Source: an uncultured Verrucomicrobiae bacterium (GTDB lineage Bacteria; Verrucomicrobiota; Verrucomicrobiia; Chthoniobacterales; JAFAMB01). Taken from it: DNA of 64,000 nucleotides. How positions within the stretch are numbered: position 1 is the first letter of the stretch; every line of letters begins with the position of its first letter. Below, one piece after another: positions 20,454-31,485 of this stretch. Under the pieces are notes generated by a model. It saw nothing but the letters and a program-made list of their open reading frames with translations, searched no databases and had not been told where the DNA came from. A program made the position numbers and the translations under genes. The stretch covers positions 4,960,001-5,024,000 of the forward strand of contig CAWIPH010000002.1 of assembly GCA_963837955.1 (NCBI GenBank), written 5' to 3'.

Positions 20454-21979
20454 TGCCCTTCTATGTCAGCGCGGAGGATAGCGCGCATAATTCTCTCTTG
20501 CGAAGCATCTTTGGCGAGCATTTCGCTTACCAGCTTCCCGTCGTTCATGACATAAATCCGATCACAGATCCCAAGTAACTCGGGCATCTCCGAAGAAATG
20601 AGGATGACCCCCTTCTTAGCTTCGGCCAACTTGCCGATGATCGTATAAATCTCGTACTTCGCGCCGACGTCGATCCCCCGCGTTGGTTCGTCCAGGATCA
20701 GAATCTCCGGGTCAGCGAACAGCCATTTGCTCAGCACAACCTTTTGCTGGTTGCCACCGCTCAGGTTCCCCACGGTCTGATAGACACTGGAGGAACGAAT
20801 ATTCGTTCTGGTCCGATACTCGTGGGCTACATTGAGCTCGCGGATCTCATTGAGCACGCCGGCCTGGGAAACACCTTTGAGATTAGTGAGCGTGATGTTG
20901 TGCTTAATCTGATCGATGAGGTTAAGTCCGTAAGTTTTACGGTCTTCGGTGACGTACGCCAGACCGTGGGCAATCGCTTTGCCGATCGTGCTGACATCAA
21001 CCTTTTTTCCGTGAATGTATACGTCTCCGCTGATCCGGCGGCCATAGGATCTCCCGAAAACACTCATCGCAAATTCAGTCCGCCCGGAACCCATTAATCC
21101 GGCGATACCGACGATCTCGCCCTTTTTCACGTGGAGATTTATGCCCTTGATGACCTGTCGATCGGAGTAGAGGGGGTGGTAAACAATCCAATCTTTGACC
21201 TCAAAAATGGTCTCGCCGATCTGAGGGGTACGCTTGGGAAAGCGGTCTACTAACTTCCGGCCCACCATGCTGGTGATGATCCGGTCTTCGGTGACCTCGT
21301 GGGATTCAAGGGTCTCGATGGTCGCTCCATCGCGGAGAACCGTAATCACATCCGCGACCTTCCTAACCTCATTGAGCTTGTGGGAAATCAAGATCGAAGT
21401 GATTCCATGCTCCTTGAATTCGAGAAGGAGCGCGAGGAGAGCATCACTGTCGTTTTCGTTCAGGCTAGCAGTCGGTTCGTCCAAAATCAGCAGCTTCACT
21501 TCCTTAGAAAGCGCTTTGGCGATTTCGACGAGCTGTTGTTTGCCGACGCCCAGATTCGTTATCAGCGTCTGCGGATTTTCTTTGAGGCCGACTTTCTCGA
21601 GCAGAGCCTGAGTCCTGACTTCGGCTGCGTTCCAGTCGATGATACCGAACTTGGCCTGCTCATTACCGAGGAAAATATTTTCGCTGATCGAAAGGAGCGG
21701 CACGAGGGCAAGCTCCTGATGAATAATGATGATTCCAAGCTTCTCGCTATCCGCAATACCGCGAAAATTGCGTTCTGCACCCTGATAATAGATCTCTCCC
21801 GAATAGGTGCCGTGCGGGTAAACCCCGCTCAGCACCTTCATCAACGTCGATTTTCCGGCACCGTTTTCCCCGACCAGGGCGTGGATTTCGCCCTGGCGTA
21901 CTGCTAGATTGACGTTGTCGAGTGCTACCACCCCGGGGAACGTCTTGGTGATGCCGCGCATTTCGAGGATGTTATTCAT
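20450..21979 (-). CDS. gguA: Multiple monosaccharide ABC transporter ATP-binding protein
   Basis: [52 protein letters not shown]. Confidence 0.9.
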   Translation of the reverse strand: MNNILEMRGITKTFPGVVALDNVNLAVRQGEIHALVGENGAGKSTLMKVLSGVYPHGTYSGEIYYQGAERNFRGIADSEKLGIIIIHQELALVPLLSISENIFLGNEQAKFGIIDWNAAEVRTQALLEKVGLKENPQTLITNLGVGKQQLVEIAKALSKEVKLLILDEPTASLNENDSDALLALLLEFKEHGITSILISHKLNEVRKVADVITVLRDGATIETLESHEVTEDRIITSMVGRKLVDRFPKRTPQIGETIFEVKDWIVYHPLYSDRQVIKGINLHVKKGEIVGIAGLMGSGRTEFAMSVFGRSYGRRISGDVYIHGKKVDVSTIGKAIAHGLAYVTEDRKTYGLNLIDQIKHNITLTNLKGVSQAGVLNEIRELNVAHEYRTRTNIRSSSVYQTVGNLSGGNQQKVVLSKWLFADPEILILDEPTRGIDVGAKYEIYTIIGKLAEAKKGVILISSEMPELLGICDRIYVMNDGKLVSEMLAKDASQERIMRAILRADIEGQ

Positions 21980-22091
21980 CGTACCATCTCGATTGACGCC
22001 GGACGCCTCGCCTCAGTCGCTAGGCAAAGCTGTCGCGAAGTTAGGAACAAAGAGTGTGAGGAAGCCCGGGTGCGCATCTAGCCAGGAAAGG

Positions 22092-23156
22092 CTACTTGAG
22101 CTGATCGGCCTTGTAATAGCCACTATCAACGAGGATCTGTTTATAATTCGAAATGTCGACTGGGACTGGCTTCAACAGGTAAGAAGGCACAACCTTGATC
22201 CCATTATTGTAGGTCGTGGTGTTGTTGACTTCCGGCTTACCGCCAGCTAATAGCGCGTCAACCATATTAACGGCGACCTTAGCGAGGTCACGCGTGTCCT
22301 TGAAAATGGTCGAACGCTGTTCATGGGCGATAATCGACTTCACCGAAGGGACTTCCGCATCCTGGCCTGTCACGACCGGCATCGGTAGATCGGACTTTCC
22401 GTAACCGACCCCTTTGAGCGACGAAAGAATGCCAATGCTCAAGCCGTCATAAGGCGAAAGAACCGCATCAACGCGCTTATCCGTGTAGTAAGCGGACAGA
22501 ATGTTATCCATCCGGGACTGGGCGACGGCGCCGTCCCACCGGAGCGTACCGACCGTTTTCATACCTGTTTGGCCGCTACGTACCACCAGCTTGCCGCTAT
22601 CGATGTACGGCTTTAACACAGACATCGCGCCGTCATAGAAGAAGAATGCGTTATTGTCATCCGGAGAACCGCCGAACAGTTCGATATTGAAGGGACCCTT
22701 GCCGCTTTTGAGGCTGAGCTCTTTCTCAATGGATTGGGCCTGCAAGACGCCGACCTGGAAATTATCGAAGGTGGCGTAGTAGTCGACATTGGGAGAGCCG
22801 CGGATCAGACGGTCATAGGCTAGGACTTTGATGCCACTATTGGCCGCCTTCTGCAGGGCGTCGGAAAGGGTGGTACCGTCAATCGCGGCGATGACGAGAA
22901 CCTTGTCGCCCTTGGTGATCATATTTTCGATCTGGGCCAACTGGTTCGGGATGTCATCTTCGGCGTATTGGAGATCGGCCTTGTAGCCTTTGGCCTCCAA
23001 GGTCTTCACAATGTTGTCGCCATCGGCGATCCAGCGGGCCGACGATTTTGTGGGCATGGCAATGCCGATGGTGCCCTTATCCTGCGCAACAGCAGGCAGG
23101 GACAACGACATCAGGCCTATCGCCAATGTGGTGTAAGCAATCTTGAATGATTTCAT
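22092..23156 (-). CDS. chvE: Multiple monosaccharide-binding protein ChvE
   Basis: [53 protein letters not shown]. Confidence 0.92.
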   Translation of the reverse strand: MKSFKIAYTTLAIGLMSLSLPAVAQDKGTIGIAMPTKSSARWIADGDNIVKTLEAKGYKADLQYAEDDIPNQLAQIENMITKGDKVLVIAAIDGTTLSDALQKAANSGIKVLAYDRLIRGSPNVDYYATFDNFQVGVLQAQSIEKELSLKSGKGPFNIELFGGSPDDNNAFFFYDGAMSVLKPYIDSGKLVVRSGQTGMKTVGTLRWDGAVAQSRMDNILSAYYTDKRVDAVLSPYDGLSIGILSSLKGVGYGKSDLPMPVVTGQDAEVPSVKSIIAHEQRSTIFKDTRDLAKVAVNMVDALLAGGKPEVNNTTTYNNGIKVVPSYLLKPVPVDISNYKQILVDSGYYKADQLK

Positions 23157-23194
23157 TTTATTCTTTGGGGGTACTAGATAACGCGTGCGGCGCG

Positions 23195-23217
23195 AATCCG
23201 TGACCGCTCACGGGATT
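23195..23217. promoter_or_regulatory. LacI-type operator O1 upstream of chvE
   Basis: aatccGTGACCGCTCACgggatt, imperfect palindrome with central CG. Confidence 0.75.
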
Positions 23218-23422
23218 AAGGCAGGTTGATCCTTATCTGCAAGAAAAAGTTCTGTTTCGTACCCGATTCTTTGATCGCCGCTCTGGGTTCCACCCGGCGT
23301 AGCCGGATGTTTAGTTGTCCAGGTGGACCAATGAAGCCGACCACTTCGCCTTCTGCCACCCGTTCGACAACGCGCCGGCCCATCGTTCTTACTAAAAAAA
23401 ACTTTGGAAAGAAAGCTGAGGA

Positions 23423-23440
23423 AATCCGTGAGCGTTCACA
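23423..23440. promoter_or_regulatory. LacI-type operator O2 upstream of the lacI-family gene
   Basis: aatccGTGAGCGTTCACa, same motif as O1. Confidence 0.72.
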
Positions 23441-23527
23441 AAGGTGAGGTGGTTAACTGCTCTTTTAAGAAGCAGAAAGACGTCGACTCGCTTTACATTA
23501 CTTCGAAAAAGATATTCACCTAAAGCC

Positions 23528-24679
23528 ATGAGATCCTCCCGGAGAAAGAGTAAGAATTTGACAATCGATGATATCGCCGAACTCTCCGGAGTTTCGTATC
23601 AGACCGTCTCACGAGTTTTGAACGGGATGCCCCACGTCTCACCGGCGACCCGGGAAAGGGTCCAAGCGGTGATGCAGGAAGTCGGGTTCCGACCAAACAT
23701 GACGGCCCGGCAACTCGCCAGTCAACGCTCGACCACCGTCGGACTAGTGACGTTCGCCACCGGTTTCTACGGGCCAGCCCAGGTCCTCTCCAACTGCGAG
23801 CAAGCCAGCAAAGAAATGGACTTGAGCTTCATGTTCAGCGGCATCGTCGATCAAAGTACTCCCGGGATCCGACGCGCCGTGAACGAACTCTGTGCTCACC
23901 AAGTTTGCGGTATTCTGCTCCACCTCCCCTTTCGAATCGAACTGCGTGATCTGCAAGAGGTCTGCCGCAATGTGCCAATCGTAGCAGTCGATTCCAGTCT
24001 GGGATTCAAATGCCCCGCTATCTACATCGATCAAGAACTCGGGTCCCGCATCGCCACGCAACACTTGATCCAACTCGGACACAGGAAAATCGCGTATCTG
24101 CAGGGGCCGGCCTTCTGGCGGGCGGCGGAACTGCGTTTCGAGGGTTGGCTTAAAGAATTGAAAGCGGCTGGCCTCAATCCAGGACCCGTGATCAGAGGAG
24201 ATTGGACGGCTGAGTCAGGCTTCGAAGCGACGCAGAAGCTTGTCGCACAAAATTGGGGTAAATATTCGGCCTTAGTCGTGGCCAATGACCAGATGGCGTT
24301 GGGGGCGATCCGTGCTTTCGAAGAAAGCGGGATCCAAATTCCCCGGACCATCTCAGTGGTTGGGTTTGACGACATTCCGGAAGCAGGCTTCTTTCGGCCT
24401 CCTCTTTCGACCATCAAACAGGATTTTGCGACGCTTGCCAACTTGAGCGTGAAGTGTCTGATGAGCCAAGTGAGTCAGAGCCAAGCCGTTCGCTCGAGGA
24501 CTATTCGGCCCACATTCGTCGGACGTGAGAGTACCGCAGCGCCCCAGAGTCGAACGATCCGCGCGAATAAGCCAACGATAGCGAAGAAGTCGAATGGGCC
24601 GACGGCCTCGCCGGACCAGGTTTCCCGCCGCAAGCCGGCGGTCAAACAGGGTAACGGCCGGCGAGGGCGTGCGCGGTGA
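23528..24679 (+). CDS. LacI-family transcriptional regulator
   Basis: TIDDIAELSGVSYQTVSRVLN HTH, ANDQMALGA, SVVGFDD, PPLSTI; ATG 23528 preferred. Confidence 0.93.
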   Translation: MRSSRRKSKNLTIDDIAELSGVSYQTVSRVLNGMPHVSPATRERVQAVMQEVGFRPNMTARQLASQRSTTVGLVTFATGFYGPAQVLSNCEQASKEMDLSFMFSGIVDQSTPGIRRAVNELCAHQVCGILLHLPFRIELRDLQEVCRNVPIVAVDSSLGFKCPAIYIDQELGSRIATQHLIQLGHRKIAYLQGPAFWRAAELRFEGWLKELKAAGLNPGPVIRGDWTAESGFEATQKLVAQNWGKYSALVVANDQMALGAIRAFEESGIQIPRTISVVGFDDIPEAGFFRPPLSTIKQDFATLANLSVKCLMSQVSQSQAVRSRTIRPTFVGRESTAAPQSRTIRANKPTIAKKSNGPTASPDQVSRRKPAVKQGNGRRGRAR

Positions 24680-24711
24680 TCCCCAGCAACGCTGGTTGAA
24701 GACTTCCCTGC

Positions 24712-25251
24712 TCAAGCCGCTCCCGGAACGTTAAGATCCACGTTGGGTAGATCTCCGACGGCATGGTACACAGATATCTTCATCAACTCGCCTTCAGCGG
24801 CGGCGTGACTAAAGAATCTACCTTCATTCAGCCACGCGTACCGGGAATCTGGGGTCTGGAACTTTACCACGCCGACGAGATAATGCTCCGCCGGGCTCAC
24901 AAACTCGTTGGCTAGCAGACGGGCCAAAGTGTCTGCCGAACCAAGCCATTCCCCGCGATTCATCATCAGCACCTCGGCACCGTCATCTGTTAGAATGCTG
25001 AATTCGGCCAATATCGAGATACCCGGCTGGCCGTTCGGGCTCGGATTACCGGTGACGAAACGCGTCAAAATCTGGCCGTTTAGCCTTGGACCGCTCACGG
25101 TCCCACCGGAAACGAGACCGCCTTGCCGAAGTATCTCCATACTTCTCCAGATCCTGGCAAAAAGAAGCCTTGTGACCAGCTGCATCTCGCTGGGGATCGG
25201 GAGTTTATCCATAGACTCGTACTTTCTGGCGGCGCCCGATTTCGGGTTCAA
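24712..25251 (-). CDS. DUF3237-like beta-barrel protein (start uncertain)
   Basis: GGTVSGPRLNG, ILTDDGA, FQTPDSRYAWLN. Confidence 0.7.
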   Translation of the reverse strand: MNPKSGAARKYESMDKLPIPSEMQLVTRLLFARIWRSMEILRQGGLVSGGTVSGPRLNGQILTRFVTGNPSPNGQPGISILAEFSILTDDGAEVLMMNRGEWLGSADTLARLLANEFVSPAEHYLVGVVKFQTPDSRYAWLNEGRFFSHAAAEGELMKISVYHAVGDLPNVDLNVPGAA

Positions 25252-25420
25252 GCCGAAATCGCGCTGGTAAGAAGAGGTTCGTTTCCGCCGAGCCGAAGAG
25301 TGTCTTTAGTCGCAAACTCATGACCAACGCGGCCCGGCAAGCAAATAGCTCGTTCAGGTATCGCGAGGAGAATGGTTTACATTCAGCCATTATTTTCCTA
25401 TTCTCCATAACCAATCTCAC

Positions 25421-26059
25421 GTGCCAATGACAAAGTCCGTCCTTACCGTCTTGTGTTTGCAGGTCTTTCTCTTAGCCGCCGCTCTGGCCACCCCGGGCGA
25501 TGACCTGCTCGTGGCGAAGCTGCCGAAAGATCTTCGCGGTGCGCCCAAAGTCCCAGAGGGTCCGCTCGTTCAAGCCACGACGGATGCGGTGAAAGGAAGT
25601 CGCTCACTGGCCCCGCAAATCACTGCGGCTGCGGTCCGACGCGCGATAGATTGCTCCTCTGCGGAAGCTGTACTTCGAGCGTCCCTTCGCCAACTCGCGC
25701 CCAACCCGACCGCAATGGAGCTATTCGCGATTACCCGAGCTGCGATCGGCGCAGCTCCGCATAGCGAAAGCACTTCTGTGAATAGCAGAGGCCACAAAGT
25801 TGCCTCAGGTGGTTGTACGGAAGCGCTCCTCGCTGCCGCGGCTTCAGAGTACCCGGATCTCGCATCGGTATTGAACGATTCAGGCAAACAGGTCGCCCAA
25901 AAGCAGGTGGCCGGAGCGGAGGAAGGGATGGGCAATTCTCCGGAGACAGGGGCCGGCGGCGGTATTTTCGATCCAGGCGCACCTCTGATCCCCCCAGCCG
26001 TAACATTTCCCCCTACTGGCGGTGGACTAGTCTCTGTAACTACCCCGATCGCTCCCTGA
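25421..26059 (+). CDS. Hypothetical exported Ala/Pro-rich protein
   Basis: Signal-peptide-like N-terminus, helical Ala-rich core, SGKQVAQKQV segment and Pro/Gly tail. Confidence 0.65.
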   Translation: MPMTKSVLTVLCLQVFLLAAALATPGDDLLVAKLPKDLRGAPKVPEGPLVQATTDAVKGSRSLAPQITAAAVRRAIDCSSAEAVLRASLRQLAPNPTAMELFAITRAAIGAAPHSESTSVNSRGHKVASGGCTEALLAAAASEYPDLASVLNDSGKQVAQKQVAGAEEGMGNSPETGAGGGIFDPGAPLIPPAVTFPPTGGGLVSVTTPIAP

Positions 26060-26169
26060 TACCGACCAAGGGATTGAAGGTATCGGTAAATCTGTGATTT
26101 TGCTTGCGTCGAGCATGATCCCTTTGACCCCGATTGCAGCTAGATCAAATCGCCGGTATAGCTACAGCG

Positions 26170-27228
26170 ATGGAAGTGCTCCAAACTTTGGCAGTCGCCC
26201 TCGGTTTAGCCGCCCTCTCCGGATATAGCCTCTATCTGACCGTTTTCTTAACGGGCTTAGCGATCCATTTCGATTGGATTCATTTGGCGCCCCAATACGC
26301 CTCCCTGGCTCCGCTCGGTGAGCCGACGATCATCATTATCTCCGGCGTTCTTTTCGTGCTCGAATTTTTTGTCGACAAGATTCCCTGGCTTGATTCTATC
26401 TGGGACGCGATCCACACCTTCATCCGACCGGTCGGCGGAGCCCTGCTGGCAGTGCAAACGCTTGGTCATCCTCAGCCGGTCTTCGATGTGATCGTGGCTC
26501 TGCTCGCTGGATCCGTAACATTCACAACTCACAGCGTGAAGACAGGAACACGACTGATGGTGAATCAGTCGCCCGAGCCATTCTCCAACGTTGCTGTGAG
26601 CCTGGGTGAGAACATAGTGGTCGCCGGACTGTTTGCCTTGCTCTGGAGTCACCCCTTTATCGCGATCGTTCTGCTTCTTATCTTTTTCTCTCTGGCATTC
26701 TACTTCCTTCCAAAGATCTGGCGTGCGATCGGGGTTCGACTTTGGTTCATCCGCCGAAAATTGAAACAGCCGGCTCGCGGTCAATCGGAAACGGTCCTGC
26801 CCACAAAGCTTCCTGGTCGTTATCAACACGCGCTGAACCGATTACCGGAGCCACCGCAAAACCTTGTGTGGGCGGTACCGTGCATCACTGGCAAAGGAAA
26901 ATTTATTCCGACCGATAGAGTTGGTTATCTGGTTGCTTCGGCAGATCGACTTCCAAAAGTTTACTTCCTGGTAAAGGGCTGGTTTGGCGCTGCCAAACTG
27001 TACGAGATTGAGGAGTTCAGCGTAACGCTACGCCAAAGATTCTTGTATGACGAACTCGTCCTCTACACCCCAGGCAAACATGATCGCTACACTTTCCGGT
27101 TCGACCGGAGCACGGCCGGTCTCGCTCCCTTAATTACCACGGATCTCCAATCCCGGATCGACGCTCCGAAAACGCTAAGTCTAATCTCCGCCACTCCGCC
27201 GACTGGCGAAGAGCACGCGCCGATTTAG
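26170..27228 (+). CDS. DUF4126-domain membrane protein with C-terminal extension
   Basis: EFFVDKIPWLDSIWDAIHTFIRPVGGA, SPEPFSN. Confidence 0.85.
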   Translation: MEVLQTLAVALGLAALSGYSLYLTVFLTGLAIHFDWIHLAPQYASLAPLGEPTIIIISGVLFVLEFFVDKIPWLDSIWDAIHTFIRPVGGALLAVQTLGHPQPVFDVIVALLAGSVTFTTHSVKTGTRLMVNQSPEPFSNVAVSLGENIVVAGLFALLWSHPFIAIVLLLIFFSLAFYFLPKIWRAIGVRLWFIRRKLKQPARGQSETVLPTKLPGRYQHALNRLPEPPQNLVWAVPCITGKGKFIPTDRVGYLVASADRLPKVYFLVKGWFGAAKLYEIEEFSVTLRQRFLYDELVLYTPGKHDRYTFRFDRSTAGLAPLITTDLQSRIDAPKTLSLISATPPTGEEHAPI

Positions 27229-27254
27229 CCTGGCCTAGCCGTTGATCAGTCCCC

Positions 27255-27281
27255 CAAAGGGCGGCCTTCGGCCGCCCTTTG
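27255..27281. terminator. Bidirectional intrinsic terminator
   Basis: CAAAGGGCGGCC-TTC-GGCCGCCCTTTG hairpin between convergent genes. Confidence 0.85.
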
Positions 27282-27304
27282 TCTACAACAATTAGATTTA
27301 CGTT

Positions 27305-28267
27305 CTACGCCAAGCCGTTCTCCTTCAGGATCTGATCACAGTTCGATTTATCGACGGCCATCGTCGGAAGGGTGATCTTCTTTTCCACCTTCTCCCCTTT
27401 CATAACCTTCAAGCCTTGACGAACGCCCTCGGCTCCTGGCGTCGCATAAAGGAAGGTCGCGGTCAGTTCGCCCTTGCTAACCCAAGTGACGCCTTCATTT
27501 GGCAGCGCATCGATGCCTAGGAACATTATCTGCTTTTCGCGGCCGGCATCTTTCGCGGCAAGATAGGCCCCGTACGCAATCGGATCATTGTGCCCATAGA
27601 CAAGGTCGATCTTGTCGAATTGTTTCAGCGCCGTCGTCATTGTGTCGTACCCCTTCGCCTGCTTCCAATCGCAGTCGATGGGTTGCAGCAACGATTTGAT
27701 CCCAGCTTCCTTGCTAACGAACTCGTTAAAACCCTTGTGCCGATCCTGGGCGGGCGCGGTACCCATCCCACCCCACAGTTCGATAATACTTCCTTTCGCG
27801 GCTCCCGCTCCGCCGAGCAGCTTGACCGCGTATTGACCAGCTGTTTGGCCGATCACGACGTTATCGCCACCGATGAATTGGGTGTATTTGTCGGTATTGA
27901 CGTTTCGATCGAGCACGATCACCGGAATCTTCGCATCAATCGCTTTGAGCACGACTCCAGTTAAGCCGGCCGACTCCTTCGGGCTAACCAACAGGAGATC
28001 GACACCTTGCTGAATCAAGCTTTCGACATCAGCTACCTGTTTCTCCGTCTTATCCTGTCCATCGGTAATGATCAGTTGTATTTCCGGATGTTTATCCGCT
28101 TCTTTTTGCATGTCCTTGTTGAACTGGACGCGCCAAGGTTCAACTATGGTCGCTTGGGAGAACCCGAACACATATTTTTTGCCCTGGGCTCTTACTTGGA
28201 ACGGCTTCAACACCGTTGATGCTGCGGCTGCAGCAATACTCGCTTTAATAAACGTTCTACGTTTCAT
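27305..28267 (-). CDS. Sugar ABC transporter substrate-binding protein with twin-arginine-like signal
   Basis: MKRRTFIK signal, GFSQ...EPWR, YGHNDP, GIDA. Confidence 0.9.
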   Translation of the reverse strand: MKRRTFIKASIAAAAASTVLKPFQVRAQGKKYVFGFSQATIVEPWRVQFNKDMQKEADKHPEIQLIITDGQDKTEKQVADVESLIQQGVDLLLVSPKESAGLTGVVLKAIDAKIPVIVLDRNVNTDKYTQFIGGDNVVIGQTAGQYAVKLLGGAGAAKGSIIELWGGMGTAPAQDRHKGFNEFVSKEAGIKSLLQPIDCDWKQAKGYDTMTTALKQFDKIDLVYGHNDPIAYGAYLAAKDAGREKQIMFLGIDALPNEGVTWVSKGELTATFLYATPGAEGVRQGLKVMKGEKVEKKITLPTMAVDKSNCDQILKENGLA

Positions 28268-28326
28268 GGGGGTATGACAGTTCGTCTTTTTTGGTCTGGA
28301 TCCCCAATCCGGGGACCTAGAAATCG

Positions 28327-29619
28327 TTATCTAAGATTTTGCAGGGAATGGACTTCATCTTTCCGTGGTTCGCCGCCATCCAATTTCTTGGTTCGAGCGC
28401 GCAAACGCTTCCACCAAAGTCCGACCTGCCCTTCCTGCAGCAGCACGGCAGCAAGAATAATCGCGCCTTTCAGAACGAACTGGATGTTACTGTTAATGTT
28501 TTTGAGCAGGAGGATATTGGTGAGAAAGCCAAAAATGAGGACCCCAACAAACGTGCCCGTCATCGAGCCTTTGCCTCCCATCAAATTCGTCCCACCAATG
28601 ACGACCGCAGCAATTGCGTCGAGTTCAGCTCCTGTACCCGCGTCGGGTTTTCCCTGCCGATATTGGGCGGTGTAAAGCACACCGGCAGATGCCGCTAACA
28701 TCCCGGCAATCGCATAGACCGCTGTTTTGATCTGGTCCACCCGGATTCCAGCCAGCCGAGCCGCCTGTTCGTTTCCGCCGATCGCGTAGATGTACCGGCC
28801 GAAAACCGTATACTTAAGAATAAACCCGAACGTCAGCACGGCGACCAGGAAGAAGATTCCAGGCACGGGCACGACTTGCAGCACGAGAGCGCGGAGAATA
28901 TCAAACTGGTCCGTAGCGTTTGAACCGGTATAGACAGGGTAAACAGCAGCGGTTTCGCCTCCCAGCAGACGCGCAACGCCCAAGATGGCCACCATCATTG
29001 CCAAAGTCACAATGAAGGGCTGCAGCTTGCCTTTAGAGATAATGAGACCAGTCAGTCCGCCAATCGCCAAACCAACGGCCGGGACCGTGATCAGGACTCC
29101 CAAAACTCCGAACTTTGTTTGGAGCTGGCTGGTAGTCCACCAAACCAGCGCCCCAGCCACTATCAGTCCCAGTCCAACACCAAACAGCCGAACGGTCCGG
29201 CCCGCTTGCTCAACCGGTTTGGCCGACCCGCGGCGCAAGTTTGAGGCGATTAGCGGCACTAAATAGCTGCAAAGAAAAACCGCTACCACCGCTAAAATGG
29301 GAATCGAAGTAACCGAGGCCGCAGTCCAGCCCGGCAAAGTCAGAAGCATGGCGCAAAGCATGCATCCGAGGGCCATCATCGAACCGACCGAGAGATCGAT
29401 CCCTCCGGTCAGAATTACGAGAGTCATTCCCACGGCGATCATGCCGTTATTCGAAACCTGCCGCAGGACGTCGGATTGATTGCCCGGCTCCAGGAAAATG
29501 TTTACGCCTTTGCGATTGACCGGGGATAGGATTATTCCCGCCCCATAAAGGACGGCCAGTCCCCAAAACAACTTCGTCTTGAGCAGGAATCGTCCCGCTG
29601 CCGTAAGCAGCCGTTTCAC
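28327..29619 (-). CDS. Sugar ABC transporter permease (with extra TM insert)
   Basis: GGIDLSVGS, YAIGGNEQAARLAG, ELDAIAAVVIGG. Confidence 0.92.
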   Translation of the reverse strand: MKRLLTAAGRFLLKTKLFWGLAVLYGAGIILSPVNRKGVNIFLEPGNQSDVLRQVSNNGMIAVGMTLVILTGGIDLSVGSMMALGCMLCAMLLTLPGWTAASVTSIPILAVVAVFLCSYLVPLIASNLRRGSAKPVEQAGRTVRLFGVGLGLIVAGALVWWTTSQLQTKFGVLGVLITVPAVGLAIGGLTGLIISKGKLQPFIVTLAMMVAILGVARLLGGETAAVYPVYTGSNATDQFDILRALVLQVVPVPGIFFLVAVLTFGFILKYTVFGRYIYAIGGNEQAARLAGIRVDQIKTAVYAIAGMLAASAGVLYTAQYRQGKPDAGTGAELDAIAAVVIGGTNLMGGKGSMTGTFVGVLIFGFLTNILLLKNINSNIQFVLKGAIILAAVLLQEGQVGLWWKRLRARTKKLDGGEPRKDEVHSLQNLR

Positions 29620-31217
29620 AACGTCGCCTCCAGTTTCAGAAATTCAGGTTGGATAGCACCTCCCGGCGAAGCGTATTCAAGAATCGTCTCCTGAGAAAAT
29701 TCAGAGCGATCGAGTAGTGCGGTTGGACGTCCTTCACGCAACACAAGAATGCGGTCGCTCAGCAACATCAGCTCTGGAAGCTCCGACGATACCAGAACAA
29801 TGGCCAGCCCTTGGTCGGCCAGCTCTCCGATTAACCTATAAATTTCTGCTTTCGCGCCGACATCGATCCCGCGGGTGGGCTCGTCGAGCAAGAACACCCT
29901 TGGCTTGGTAACTAAGCATTTCCCTACCACAACCTTTTGCTGATTACCGCCGCTCAGCGAACCCGTCACCTGTTCCGGATCGCGAGCGTGAATGTTGAGC
30001 TGGTCGATCATTGACTGAGCCAATGCCTTCTCTCTCCCCACCAAGACAATACCCATGTGAGTAAGCGTCCTCATGACCGGCAGCCCAATATTTCGATCAA
30101 TTCCAGCGCCCAAAATTAATCCGTCACGCTTCCGGTCTTCCGTGACTAAAGCTATTCCGCGCGCCTTCGCTTGCACTGGACCGAGGATCTGCACCGGTTT
30201 GCCCTCTATCCATATGTCGCCATCAGAAGTGCCTGGATGGAGCCCATACAAGACCTGCAAAATTTCGGTCCTTCCCGCTCCGAGCAGTCCGCCCAGCCCG
30301 AACACCTCGCCGGCCCCGACAGAAAAATTGATGTCTTGGACCAACATCGGCCGCGTGGGTGTCGGAGAGGGATGCTCTAACGAAAGGTTCCGAACCTCCA
30401 ACATCGGCTTCGCCGCCCTGGTAGCATTCTTGTCCTCTGCTAACATCTCCTGAATTTCGCGGCCGACCATCATCCGAATGAGGTCCCGCCTGGTCGCTTC
30501 CTTTCCGGGAATCGTGCCAATGTGTCGTCCGTCGCGCAAAACCGTCACGGTATGAGCAAGGGCAAAGACCTCCTCCATGCGATGGGAGATATAGACAATC
30601 GCGACTCCCTCCGCAGCCAGCCGGCGAATCACTTGGAAGAGGCGCTCCGTCTCATTGATCGAGAGGGCAGAGGTGGCTTCGTCCATGATCAGGATTCGCG
30701 CTTTGGCCACCAGCGCCTTTGCTATTTCGATCAGTTGCTGTTCGCCAACCCGAAGCTGTGATACCGGAACCTGCATGGTTCCCTGAAAGTCGAGGGTTTT
30801 CAGGACGTCACGAGCGGCCTGGATTTGGCTCTTTCGATCGACGAAAAAAAGCGATTGCAGCTTCTCCTGACCGAGAAAGATGTTTTCGTCTACTTGCAGC
30901 TCTGGAACAAGGCTCAGCTCCTGGTGAATCATCGCTATCCCAGCGCGGGTTGCGTCGCGCGGAGAAGTCAGGTGGATCGGTTGATCGTCCACGAAGATCT
31001 TACCTTCGAAATCTTCGATCAGCCCGGCCGCTATTTTCATCAAAGTCGATTTACCAGCGCCGTTCTCACCCATGAGGGCATGAATCTCTCCGGGTCTCAA
31101 TTCGAAGTCGACATCGCGGAGAACCTGCGTCGGTCCAAACGACTTCGAAATTTGCCGCATCTCCAGCGCTAGAGGCCGGGGCGGCTGGCCAGAGGAATCA
31201 GGCAACGACATAGGCAA
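29616..31217 (-). CDS. Sugar ABC transporter ATP-binding protein
   Basis: [29 protein letters not shown]. Confidence 0.93.
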   Translation of the reverse strand: MPMSLPDSSGQPPRPLALEMRQISKSFGPTQVLRDVDFELRPGEIHALMGENGAGKSTLMKIAAGLIEDFEGKIFVDDQPIHLTSPRDATRAGIAMIHQELSLVPELQVDENIFLGQEKLQSLFFVDRKSQIQAARDVLKTLDFQGTMQVPVSQLRVGEQQLIEIAKALVAKARILIMDEATSALSINETERLFQVIRRLAAEGVAIVYISHRMEEVFALAHTVTVLRDGRHIGTIPGKEATRRDLIRMMVGREIQEMLAEDKNATRAAKPMLEVRNLSLEHPSPTPTRPMLVQDINFSVGAGEVFGLGGLLGAGRTEILQVLYGLHPGTSDGDIWIEGKPVQILGPVQAKARGIALVTEDRKRDGLILGAGIDRNIGLPVMRTLTHMGIVLVGREKALAQSMIDQLNIHARDPEQVTGSLSGGNQQKVVVGKCLVTKPRVFLLDEPTRGIDVGAKAEIYRLIGELADQGLAIVLVSSELPELMLLSDRILVLREGRPTALLDRSEFSQETILEYASPGGAIQPEFLKLEATL

Positions 31218-31327
31218 TATGGGAAGGATAATTGCCAGAGGACGAGTGGAATGTAGTTAAGAGAGACACAAGGACTGGGGGGCGGTCTGGAGACCGGTTT
31301 TTTGATTGATACGCGCCGATCGGGACG

Positions 31328-31343
31328 ATGTAAAGCTTTACAT
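31328..31343. promoter_or_regulatory. Candidate LacI-family operator
   Basis: Perfect 16-bp palindrome ATGTAAAGCTTTACAT in the divergent ABC/lacI intergenic region. Confidence 0.75.
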
Positions 31344-31485
31344 TCAATTTTAACTTTCCCATTCTCCGACTAGGCTAGAGCGCTGTTTCAAATAGGGCTG
31401 GAGCGACCTGCGCAAAGATTTCTTTAGCTCTATCTGATACAGTGCATTACCAAACCGGAAACAGCGAATCGCCGCCACGGCTACA

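Noticed and set aside
21299..21907. 202-aa plus-strand ORF
   Set aside because: Antisense shadow of gguA.
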